Under the pieces are notes generated by a model, which saw nothing but the letters and a program-made list of their open reading frames with translations, made no database searches and was not told the origin of the DNA. A DNA stretch of 64,000 nucleotides from Azolla caroliniana (taxonomy: Eukaryota > Plantae > Polypodiophyta): the NCBI GenBank assembly GCA_043228905.1, contig JBHGNT010000012.1, positions 4,588,001 to 4,652,000 of the forward strand, written 5' to 3'. Every line of letters starts with the position of its first letter. Within the stretch, counting starts at the first letter, position 1. The translations under genes and the position numbers were made by a program. This document shows positions 1 through 10,769 of the stretch, one piece after another.

Positions 1-179
1 GCCATTGAGGCTCTTGAGTTGACATTGTAAATAGGGGTACCTTTTTCCATAAGTGAAGAAGCTTTTTCCTTTTCTTGTTCACAGTATTTGGGGAACCCTG
101 CATATTATCCTACTAGCCACGGACTACTGCCAACAAGTTTTCCCATATCTCAAACAGCACATCTAAGAGATGAATGTCT

Positions 180-1330
180 ACCGCATCATAAAGTCGGTTA
201 CATCGATATTTCCGTAATGTCCATAACGTTATTGTGGTCACTATTTTCCAAATTTGGACTGATCACACATGCTTTCGAGGTTGCTCTAAGGGACTGACTA
301 ATATCAATCTTCTATTATGTATTGTCATTGCCTCATGAACATCGTTTGCCTCATACAACATCAAGCTAGAATGTAATACTCCCCACATTGCTAATCCCCA
401 TAAGAATAGGCAACCTACATTGATTGTTAGGAATAAAGACATGACTTTCTTCCATTCTTGTTGAGCAAAAGAACAAGACCATAGGACATGCTTGGTAGTC
501 TCCTGAGGTTCATGGCAAAAGCCACATTGCCGCAAATTGGGTGCTACATTCCCTTTCAATGAGTGACCAACTGGTAGTGCCATATGCATTAATAACCATC
601 GAAAGAGAATAAATTTAGTTGGCCCCTTGAATGACCAAATCCATTTCTAGTAGGTTCTCAAATGCAAATTTGAGACACCCCAATTGGTCCAATGTTTCTG
701 AGTTGCTGGTATCGTTACATTCCTAGACAACAATAATGATCTTTCAATTTTTACTAAGTACTAAAAGAAGGGGACCTTTACGATCTTTTCCCCGAAGGAG
801 TGTGACCAAAGCCAACCCACCAGATCCCATGTTAATCTTGCAACAAGATCTTTTGTGTGTAACCATAGGATATCACACATATGAGCAATTGACAGATAAG
901 GATCAAGGATCCATTTCTTTCCAGTTTTAGCAACCACGCTGACTGGTGCACTTCACAAGTCCTGTAGATAACTGCAATCAAAGGTATAAGATTGCAATCT
1001 ATTGTTGTCGATGACCTCAAAATAAGAAACGCACCCATTAGGTGAAACGCCCTTAACAACCATCAATGTATCATTTGTGAAGCATCCAAACCATAGATGT
1101 TCTTACCTAGGTTGGAAGGTTATAAAAAACGAAGAATATGTTGTTGATAAGGTAGTCATCATTATCTTGGCACCATGAACTAATTGTAGATGTGCAAGTC
1201 GATCTTCTAGTGACATTTGTTGAAATTGAGTCCAAGTTCTTACAGATGCAGCTGGCCCATTATCCAATTTACCCCAAGCAAGGTGAGTTCGCAAGCCCAA
1301 TAATTTTCCTGCATTATCCCGAAATAGAGA
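180..1330 (-). mobile_element. Degenerate L1-type LINE ORF2 3' fragment
   Basis: ORF 263-589 contains CGFCHEPQETTKHVLWSCSFAQQEW, the C-x2-C...ET..H...C zinc finger (zf-RVT) typical of plant L1 ORF2. Neighbouring broken minus-strand ORFs lie at 832-1300. Boundaries approximate. Confidence 0.65.
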
Positions 1331-3520
1331 ATTTACCTTGATCTAGTAAGGTTCATCTTGCTTTTTATTTTCATTGCTTAAAGAATAGTATGGGTGGTTT
1401 GACACCAAATGCCCTCCAATCTAGTATGCAAATGTCTAATGCATTGAATATGTGAAAACTAAAATACCAAATATTGAATCATTGGGAGAAAAATTAGATA
1501 CATTATGTGTCTTGTCATTTGTTCAGTTAATGTATTACACTCTTCAAATATTCTCAAACAATTTATTATAAATCATACTTTCATTCTCAATATTAATATT
1601 TTTCATAACACACCTCCCAATCCTTGTAGTAGTTTTGCCTCACTTCTGAATACATCATCACCTCAATAGATAGCTATTGGCTCCTAGACATGGAAAACAA
1701 ATTTCTCTTTGATTATCATCCAATAATGTGAAAAGTTGGTATGTGAGAAACTTGTCTATGATGTACATTCAATAAAGTAAAAAAGAAAGAGGGAAGTACA
1801 ATGTGCTCAATATGTTGAAGATGTTGATGGTGTTTAATATACTAGAAATGTGCGAAAAGAAGAAAGCAATCAATCTACAAGTCACATAGCTTGGCATAAA
1901 AGCATAGCCTCAATCATGTGTGTGGAGCGTAGTCATAAGATTGTGCAAGATGATGTATAAAAATGTAACAATTGCAATATGCAATGATGTTGAAACTCTA
2001 CTTTAACTTAGTAATTTTTAAAAAAAATTAGATACTTATTATCAAGTAAAAAATGTAAACAATTCTTGATAGCAAAGTAAGATTATAGAAGGAAACCATG
2101 TAAACATTGTGATAGTAGCTTCAAATATCAATTAGCGATATGTTACCCTCATGGGCATGGTTTTTGCCAATGGGCACATATACATCGTCCAATATCCCTT
2201 GGTGAATCAAAACTTAGCGCTTAGATTGATAAACAGAATACTAATTACTTCATGCTACTATCGCTTTCTTGTTTGGAGAGAAAGTGGTGGATAGTCGTTG
2301 AAAGAAAAGTATGATCACCTTGTTCTATGTACCCTATAAAAAGTTGGGCTCACGTGGGCCATACAAATTAAAGGACGTGTGGTTAGGTTGCGAAATTCTC
2401 GATTAACTCACATTTAAATGTCAGGTTAAAATGTCACCTCTACTTCCATCTCTATTCATCGTGAAATGACTTGAATTTTCATAGAAATGATACTTTTTGT
2501 TATAATAAAATATCATTTTAAGCATCTCCTTTTTTCAACAAGTAGAGCATATAAAAATCTCTTTTGAGAACAGTAGGGATACAATGTCGACGCGACAAAT
2601 TTCACATTTTTCCATGAAATATACTCAATAATATACTTGATACCATACTCTTTCCTATTTTACAATGAATATACTTCATAATATACTCTTCCTATTTCAG
2701 AAAATGCGATCAATAATTATAGATAACCATTGAAAGTAGCTCATTATTGTCCCATTGTGTATACCATATGGCATATATATATGTCGGAGTTCTATGTTCA
2801 CATGGGCAATACAAAAGAGTGCTTGTGACACATTGTATATTGTGTATACTTTCAGCATTTCAAATCGGTTTCGCTAATTATTATAAATAATTGTCAAACA
2901 AAGGAATCACCTTTTTGTTGCTTGTTTGATGTATTGTGTAAACACATAGTAAAAAGATGTTTTCTACGATGTTTGGAGTGCATGATGATCAACAGATGGT
3001 TTTTGTGACAAACTTGTGTAGATTGTTTGGGTTCGCATGGGAGTTACACGAGCATAACCAAGGGTGGCTAAACCAATAGTTGGAGAGGAATCTTAAACGG
3101 GGAGTAAAACAAAGAAGATGATTCAATTCTCGAACATCTCCGGAATAGACCGGCTGATTAAAAATACAAGCTTGGTAGGAGAAAACCCTAATGTGAAACA
3201 CAGGAAATCTTATGTTACGATATTCAATCAAATCGTGCGGCCCTAGTCGGCTTCAGGTCCATCATTACATGTAACAGACGGGGCCGGGCCAAATAGTACA
3301 ATAAAAGGAAAAAAGTAAAGAAGGCTTTGCCTAGACATTGAATCAAAGCACTCAAAATCAAAACCATATGGGAGTGGGGGGGATACAAAACATCATGGGC
3401 CATGGCCATGCTAAAGAGATATTAGCCTCATGGGGCCATGATGATTTCTAAGAGCTACTATTCTAGTCAACCAAAAACACAAGCACCAAAAGAAGAATAA
3501 AGCAATCCTCTTCTCTTCCT

Positions 3521-6500
3521 TTAGAGAGCAGCCTCCAACACTGAATTTGGAGAGGTGGAGTGGAGCTTGGGATCTTCATTAGTTATAAACTCATGATGTT
3601 GTTGAGACCAGGAGGGAAGCTTGATTGCATAGGGTGAGGCACTGCCAGCGCCAGCCCGGATACCCACGTAAAAGCTCGCATACATATTCACTCTGTCCAT
3701 GTACTTCTCACTGGTACTTAATCTCACCACTGCCAAAGAGCATAGCATATACAATGAGTGACCATGATCTTTGATTGACACATGCCACATATATACATGC
3801 ATACATATGCCAGAAAGCATATACAAATGAGTGAACATGATCTTTGATTGACACACCACATACATACATGCATACATATGCCAAAAAGTGAGTGACCATG
3901 ATCTTTGATTCACACATACCACATATATACATGAATACGTACATCATACACAATACTACACACTCTCCAAACTATGAGAGAAAATGAGTGATAATGAAGT
4001 TGATCCACAGTATATAAACACACATATGATGTGGCATGAATCTTTGGTATGAGAGTGGAACTATTTCATTTTGTTACCGTGGAAGCCAGATTTCTCTATG
4101 CATCTGGCATAATCTGGACATCTCGAAGCACTCCTCCAAATCACGCGACCACCCGGCTGTGATCCCGACAATGCAATATAAGAGAAATAAGAACAACCAT
4201 GGCATGCCCTCAAAAAAGGAACAAACATTGATAGCTTATTTGCTTACCAAAACTTGGTCCTTTAATGCAGAACAGAGGATATCGATGTCTTCTTGATCCA
4301 ACCAGTCAACATGGTCCATCAAAATGACCTGGTCAAAATTACAAAGATTCCCTTTGATAAGGGTACTGGAAAATGGCTCATTTATCTATCTACCGCAGCT
4401 TTGAATAAGAAAAATAGCAATTTGGGTTCTACCTTCGTGTATTTGCGCTTCCTCAGCTCATCGACAAACGATCCAGTACAGATCAACAGTCTCTGATCCT
4501 TTGCTAACTCCTCCTATGAATACATAATGTAATAAGTATGAACATAAAAGGTGTGTTAGATAAAAGCAAGTATGAAAATAAAAGGTGTCGTCGATAAAAG
4601 CAATTCACACCTTGAGTTTGTTAAAGCAATCTTCTTCCAAGAATCGAGGGCAACAAGTTCGTGCAAATTTTCCCGTCAAGCAACAACGATAGAAGTAGTT
4701 GCTGCATGCGATTATAATTTTTACCACAATTAGGATTCAACACACAAATAAATACCTTTCAAAACGGTGATCTTGTCATTATGTAGATTTAGAAAAGACT
4801 TATCATATGAATCCATTATCACCTGTCCCGTAGATGAGAATGCTCCGCTGTAGAGTTGAGACATCGAACCACATAGCTGTCCAAGGTCATCAAAAGACAT
4901 GAACTCCATTCTTCTCAAGGCATCCGAATTTAATGAATAGTGCATGCATGTCTAATACATTGACTAGGTTTGCTGTTAGTCAAGCCTTTTTTTGAAGTGC
5001 ACAGTAAGAAAAATTTGTAGTATATTGATATTTCTCCAACAATGAGGGTTCAAATTCAAGCCTATACGGATGATACTATGAAGCACTAACTTGTATATGT
5101 TATCTTCTTTTTGGATTAGCTTAAGTTGACCCCGGCATACTCCAGCACAAAACCACAGGACAAGGCGATTGGTCACAAGGAACGCAAATAATCTAGTAAT
5201 GATGCTTGCTTGTAACAAAAGTCTCCCAACAGTTGCAAACCTACAAAATTTTCAGGGATCAGTCAGCTCCAGAAAAAACTGAAGAGACAGGAATTAAAGT
5301 TTTGAATTATTGGGATTATATATAAATATACCAGAGCTCCTTTTGCTTCTCCAAAGAGGGAGCATTGACCAAGCTTTCTATCCAATGCTCCTGTAAAAAT
5401 TTGGACATGTTAAGAAATCAAGATAAAGGTTTGGGAGGATTTACATAGGAAATAGAAACCACCAGTCACCTGGCGCATCACCCTTGCAAGAAACTTCACA
5501 GCTCGAATCAAGCGTCCCATTCCTCCTGTACAGTTTCAATATGAATCAGTAATTGTGTGCTGGACCATTATCCCCCCCAAAAAGCATTTACTTTAAACAT
5601 CATATAAGAGACCCAACCAATATCTAACAAAAGTATTTTCTTACTTCACTGAAGAACTTCATAGATCTCACATACTTAAAATAAAATTCTTAGGTTTAAA
5701 ATATATGTGAACATGAGGAAGTGGTGAAGAGCTTGTGCTTTGTTGTGCTGAACAAACTGGTATAAGTAGAATCTTAAAAAAAGGTAAGTATTCAAATATA
5801 GGTGTTGGGAGTTACCATGATAGTAGAGACCATTTTTGAAGTAATAAGCCTTGGTGTGCCTGAGGAAATGTTGAAACCATTAGTAGTGAAGAACTATTAT
5901 CTTATCTACTGCCTGTGGAAGGAATAAAAGAAGAAGAAGAAGATAAATTACCAAAAGTTAGAAGCTCCTTGACTTAAAAATGGTGCCAGCTCTGTGTCTA
6001 GCAGCTTTCCAAACTTGGGGTGAATTCCCTCACCAAACATAGACCACACATCTGCAAATGGCAACCTAACAAGAAATTTGACAGTCTATTAGCAAATACA
6101 CAAAGATTTCAATTTCTGAGTGATCTAGGAATATCTATAGCATCATGATTTACCTCAGAATAGCTACCCTTTTGAGTTCAAGAAGGTAGCTTTGAGCAGG
6201 GTTGATATCAACAGAAACCACCAAACCAGCTCCCTGTAGAGAGAGCATTTGCAATTTCTAAATACTAGTTCATGTTCTGCATCTACTGTATACACACAGA
6301 TACATACACATATGCATACATACACATACTTGCGTATGTATATACACATATATACCTACACCATAGGGTTATATATATATACATGTGTGTGCGTGTGTGT
6401 CACACCTGATTAATGAGATCGAGGGCATTGCAGCCTCCTGAAGTCAATGTGAGGACAGTATCATGAGGTTGAACTTCCAAGACACCTTCATCTACTCGAG

Positions 6501-7844
6501 GATCTTCCCATGACAAGGAATAGAGGAAAGTAGGGGGGAATTGAGCTGGCCTTCGAGCATCAAATTCATCAGAGGCTCGAGCAGGGAACCGAGATAAATC
6601 CGTTCCTAAAAGATGGAATAAATCTCACAATGACAAAAGTGTTTTTTCTTCTCGACCAATAATCGGCAAAGAAGAACAAGGTAAGAGAAATGAGAGATTC
6701 TTCACACACTTGGATAGTCATGGCGATGTCCGATCCAGACATAGAAAGGAGCCTCCACAATAGGAAGATACGCTAAGTGCTCAGAACCATTATATTCGAA
6801 TGCTAGGAAGAAATAGAGGAAGAAGAAAATGAATGAGACCCACCACCAAAGATAAACTGTCTTGTTAGTAGAAAAGAAACTAGATTAACTTTAACTATCG
6901 CTCACCTGCTTCGAGCTTATGCTCGAGGTATTGCCTTCTTTCTGGACCCACATCATAACCAGTGTAATCAAATGCTGCCCTCCATAGCCATCGGCAAACA
7001 TAGGAATGCTGCCTATTTTGCAGATCATACTTCAAAGAAGTGAAGTAATCCACAACTCCAACGAATCCATCCTTGGAAAGCATGGAAATGGTGCTATCAA
7101 TGACATACATAAAGTCTCGGATTCCTGAAAACATAAAAATAAAAAAAAACTTATTTTAGACCCTCAATGATGGATAATTTTGCTATGATTATAGTGCTTC
7201 TACATGTCCTTCCCTTATGTGCAAAAGCAAATGCACATAAAAGAATTTAGCTACAATGAATCATATGAAGCTTATTAGACTCATAACCAAGGTAAATTAA
7301 TTATGTAATGCTCACAAACCTAACCCAGGTTAATTAATTCTATTAACACAGACATACTTGAGAGCGAGTAGGAGAAAGTGACAAGAGTCACCGGGGAGCC
7401 CGAACGAAAATCTGAAGGATGGCTATCGACTTTCTCAACATTACTCCACCGGGTTCTCTCTGTGCTTATGAATTTCTTATTTGAGTTATTCGTCTTCTTG
7501 ACAAAGCAATTGACGATGTAGATCTTGGAGAAGCAAGAGATGTCCATGAATTGGGACATTGCGAGCACATTTTTCTCGGACCCATCTCCATAGTCCACCC
7601 AAACAGATCCGGGCCCGCAGTTCCTCTTCAGGCGAGCAGCACAAGCTGCGAAGAGACAGTCGGATGCGAGCAAGGACTTCTGAGCTGAAAACAAGAAGAA
7701 AAGATATCAATGTCATTAGAGATCCATCTCTATCTCTCTTTATCCCTCCAGGCATAGTGTAAGTAGTGGGATTCATTCTTTTTCCCCCTAACTAAATTCA
7801 TAGTAAAGAGAAAACAAGAAAGACTCCATCTCTAAAGATATCAT
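3521..7844 (-). CDS. BTA1: Betaine lipid (DGTS) synthase BTA1-like: N-terminal BtaB-like methyltransferase fused to BtaA/DUF3419, ~662 aa
   Basis: GT-AG exons read by hand, all phase-compatible: 7793-7844 (tentative first), 7358-7684, 6906-7124, 6710-6802, 6406-6605, 6154-6233, 5952-6065, 5816-5859, 5470-5525, 5332-5390, 5091-5240, 4823-4876, 4611-4701, 4433-4513, 4248-4328, 4078-4156, 3521-3729 (1989 nt). Motifs matching algal BTA1 as recalled: TFSYSL, GPERRQYLEHKLE, FPPTFLYSLSWEDP, DTVLTLTSGGCNAL, VDINPAQSYLLELK, NYFYRCCLTGKF, VILMDHVDWL, PGGRVIWRSAS, YMDRVNMYASFY. Start codon uncertain. Confidence 0.92.
3745..3942. repeat. Intronic minisatellite, ~3 units of ~65-73 bp
   Basis: Repeated core GAGTGACCATGATCTTTGATTGACACA...ACATATATACATGCATACATATGCC in the last BTA1 intron. 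Confidence 0.85.
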
Positions 7845-8020
7845 CCAGGCTCGATCTTTGAGTTCCGGAATCTTTAAGCTCCTGAAGTGAAAAAGAGCAG
7901 TACATTGCTATACACTAAGAACAAGTGGAAGCAGGAATTGATCTCCCCAAAGGAAACGCAGGAATTAAACAAAGGCTTGATCCGTGAAGAGAGCACAGAA
8001 GAAACAGAGAATTAACTTAC

Positions 8021-8283
8021 AGCGTTTATGGCTGGAGAACATATTGCTTGGATTGGGGTTAAAAAGTTGTAGCAGAGAAGAGCGCCCCTTTCTCTGCTAC
8101 AACTCCTTTCTTCTACAACTACCACTTCTTCTTCTTCTTCTTCTTCTTCTAAGAATGAGATTGCAGGGTGCAGAGCTAAGCCGAAGCTGAGCTGAACTAA
8201 ACTCAACGAATGCTGAGCTTCAGAATCAGCTCTGTCGATCGGCGAGTGGAGTATTTTTTTGGCTATGGCGACCTTCTTATATA
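8021..8283 (-). promoter_or_regulatory. BTA1 TATA box and non-coding first exon
   Basis: TATATAA on the minus strand at 8277-8283. GAA-repeat leader ends in a strong donor (gct|GTAAGT at 8020); acceptor ttcag at 7882. Confidence 0.6.
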
Positions 8284-8382
8284 AAAAAAAAGAAATTAGA
8301 AGAAAGCAATAGCAGACAAACGAAAGAAGAAAGGAGAAAGAAAAGGGAAAGCAGAAAAAGCAGAGAGAGACAGAGACAAGAG

Positions 8383-8508
8383 AAAACCGCTTTCCTGACT
8401 GAAACCGCTTCTGTCTTGGAGGGGAAATGTAGTTTAGTTTAGTTGAGACTGGGAGACATAGAGATAGAAAAAAACCGCTTTCCAAGTGGACGTATGGAAA
8501 GCGGTTTT
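8383..8508. promoter_or_regulatory. Cluster of four AAACCGCTT motifs, including a perfect 14-bp inverted repeat
   Basis: Copies at ~8384, ~8402 and 8471, plus an inverted copy at 8495-8508 (AAAACCGCTTTCCA-N10-TGGAAAGCGGTTTT). Confidence 0.55.
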
Positions 8509-8614
8509 GCGTTTGCGTTTTGCTTTTGCTTTTTCCCCTCTTTTCAATATAATAATTAATAAAGTAAATAATAATAATAATAATAATTAAAGAACGGCTT
8601 CCTGACGCCACGGA

Positions 8615-8622
8615 GAATATCC
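8615..8622. promoter_or_regulatory. Candidate P1BS (PHR1-binding, GNATATNC) element
   Basis: GAATATCC about 330 bp upstream of the BTA1 TATA box. Short motif; function inferred only from context. Confidence 0.4.
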
Positions 8623-9689
8623 ACCTCTTTATTCAATTAAAATTAATTAACAAGATAAAGCACGATGCTACTACTACTACTCCCCAAGCAAAAATAAAAA
8701 GATTTGAGATTGGAAAAAAGAAAAAAGAAAAAGATCCCAACTTTTTCTTTTTCTGTTTGCTTTTGCTTTTAATTCTGATTTCTTTTTGAGTTTTTTATAT
8801 TATTATTTTACAAATAAATTAGGGTTTTTATTTTTATTTTTTAGTTTTAGTTTTTAGGGGCTGAAAGGGTATCTTGGAGAAGATTCCATCGTCAAGATGC
8901 GGAATCCAACGTTTTTGGATTCGAACCAATTCCCATCATTTGGCCTCCTCTTCACAGCATATCTCCCATAATATACCCAACTATACAAACCAACAAACAA
9001 TAATAATGATGAGACTCTCGCTCTCTGTCCCATCCATTGCCTCCTTAGGGCCACACGGCCCTTCGCCACAAAAAAGCACCATAAATGAAATGGCACTAGA
9101 AGCACGAGCTCAATCAGACACACACTCATCCCATTATCACTACTATTCGTATAAGGCACACACACTCTTACACCACATGTACACACACCATACCCCCCCC
9201 CCCCCTTCCTCCCCTCCCTCACACTCACACCCAATCTCTTGATTCCCAATCCATCAGATTGACCAGCTTGCTGCTATATGTTCGATCCTTCATCTCCAGA
9301 AGCTCCCCCCACTCTTTATGGTGCTCGACTGCCAGGATCCTTTGCAGTTTGTGTCCTCTTCGGAATTTCGAGGGATTGTGTAGGACACTGCTTCTTTGGG
9401 TTGAGTTTGCAATTGATTCTTTTGACATTCGTCGAGAGTATGCAATGAAAATGTTTTGCTCTGTTTTTGAGCTTTTGGTGAATCGTGTGATGAAAACGAC
9501 ATCGGTCAATAATCAAACACGGTGGGGATAACTTCTATTTCTTGATGATATTGTGTTATTCTTACAAATTTTGGATGATATGCAACACTTACTTGATGTA
9601 TTAGAAACATTTTATCGAATTAGGGAGCTAATTCGTCATGTGGACAAAATAAAATGATGGTAATAAAGGCAATACAACCAAGACACTAC

Positions 9690-10400
9690 CCCACATACAA
9701 GGCAGAACCAATACAAGTGGTGCAAACCTTCAAATATCTTGGTATTAATGTTCCATAGACAAATAGGTGGAATGTATGTTACGAGTCTAAACTTCAAGCA
9801 GGTTGGAATAAGCATTACATGTTTGAGAATCAAGGCAACCATAGTGATAATAGAGTATGGGAAATGAGATTGATGTTATTCAATGCTATTGAGTGGAAGT
9901 GTGGGGTGGCATTATCTCACTTAGTACATGGAATGAAATAGACAAAATCCAAAAGTTGTTCTTACATAGACAATCGGTTGTAAAATCCTCAACATTGTAC
10001 CTTGTCATGCTAATAGAAATAAGTGATCCGTTCATAGAAGTAGCCACTCAAAGAGTATACAAGTATAAAGCAAAAGCCAAAAATATGCTTCATTGTATAT
10101 TGCCCAAACTTACTTGGAACATAGGATGCAAGTTACAGAAAACTAAAAAGAGAAAAATCTTCTCAGGTATGAAGTGTGTTATCATTGAGGAAAGATTAGT
10201 GGAGCATGATGCTAAAATGTCAAAATTGGAATATTACATTGAAGACAAGGTAAAAACTCCAAAATGTATCCAATCACATCTTACTATCCCCATAAGACTT
10301 GGCTATCAAAGGGCCTTAACACTTCGTCGAATTCATAGTGGGGAATGTTGTTACAAGTCAAGATGACAAAGATGTTAAATTTGTACTTATCAACCAGTCT
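9690..10400 (+). mobile_element. Degenerate RTE-like LINE 3' fragment
   Basis: Broken reading frame with post-RT LINE-like text (KYLGINVP..., EVWGG...TWNEIDKIQKLFL...) including ORF 9893-10366. Boundaries approximate. Confidence 0.55.
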
Positions 10401-10657
10401 CAGTCCTTGTCCATGAGCCGATACCCATGAATCTACCCCTCCTTACCAATCCTAGGATAGACTCTAAGAAGGTTCCACACCTCCTTAACATTTTCCCCTG
10501 TTTTTACCACAATTACATTACACACCCCACCCAACCCCCTTATTTTTTCTTTAGCTTTCCACCCTTACAGAATCCCTATTTCCTTGAGTCTAAAGCCTAT
10601 GTTTTCTCTCTTTTCCGTCGCCCTCATGTTCTCCATGTTGTGGGGCTCTCTTTCCGT

Positions 10658-10740
10658 TGTCGCGGTAATCCGTGAGTACGTGTCGAAAAGGGGCGGGACC
10701 ACGGGGGTCTTGGACTAGGGAGTAGGAGAAGGGAGAGAAG
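10658..10740 (-). mobile_element. 3' end fragment of a gypsy (tRNA-Trp family) LTR
   Basis: Reverse complement reads ...AGACCCCCGTGGTCCCGCCCC...GGATTACCGCGACA, the LTR-end module also seen at 23193 and 26598. Flanked by CCGT. Confidence 0.75.
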
Positions 10741-10769
10741 CTTGGGAGTTCAACCGAGAAGGAAGAGAA

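Noticed and set aside
1450-2150. Possible highly eroded hAT transposase remnant on the minus strand (MTTLH...YAFMPSY-like text near 1890-1940)
   Set aside because: Only faint motif resemblance across frameshifts and no terminal repeats found; needs a profile search.
4730-4945. 71-aa minus-strand ORF inside the BTA1 locus
   Set aside because: Wrong-frame read-through of the real 54-nt exon 4823-4876 and its flanking introns.
8012-8611. 199-aa ORF with poly-I and poly-E tracts
   Set aside because: Product of TAA and GAA microsatellites spanning the promoter and 5' UTR; GTG start and no domain.
9140-9540. Possible divergent transcript or miRNA-like hairpin (TATA-like at ~9148, CA/CT-rich leader, GTGTCCT...AGGACAC stem)
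   Set aside because: Stem is short, no recognisable miRNA or protein motif, and several overlapping ORFs are equally unconvincing.
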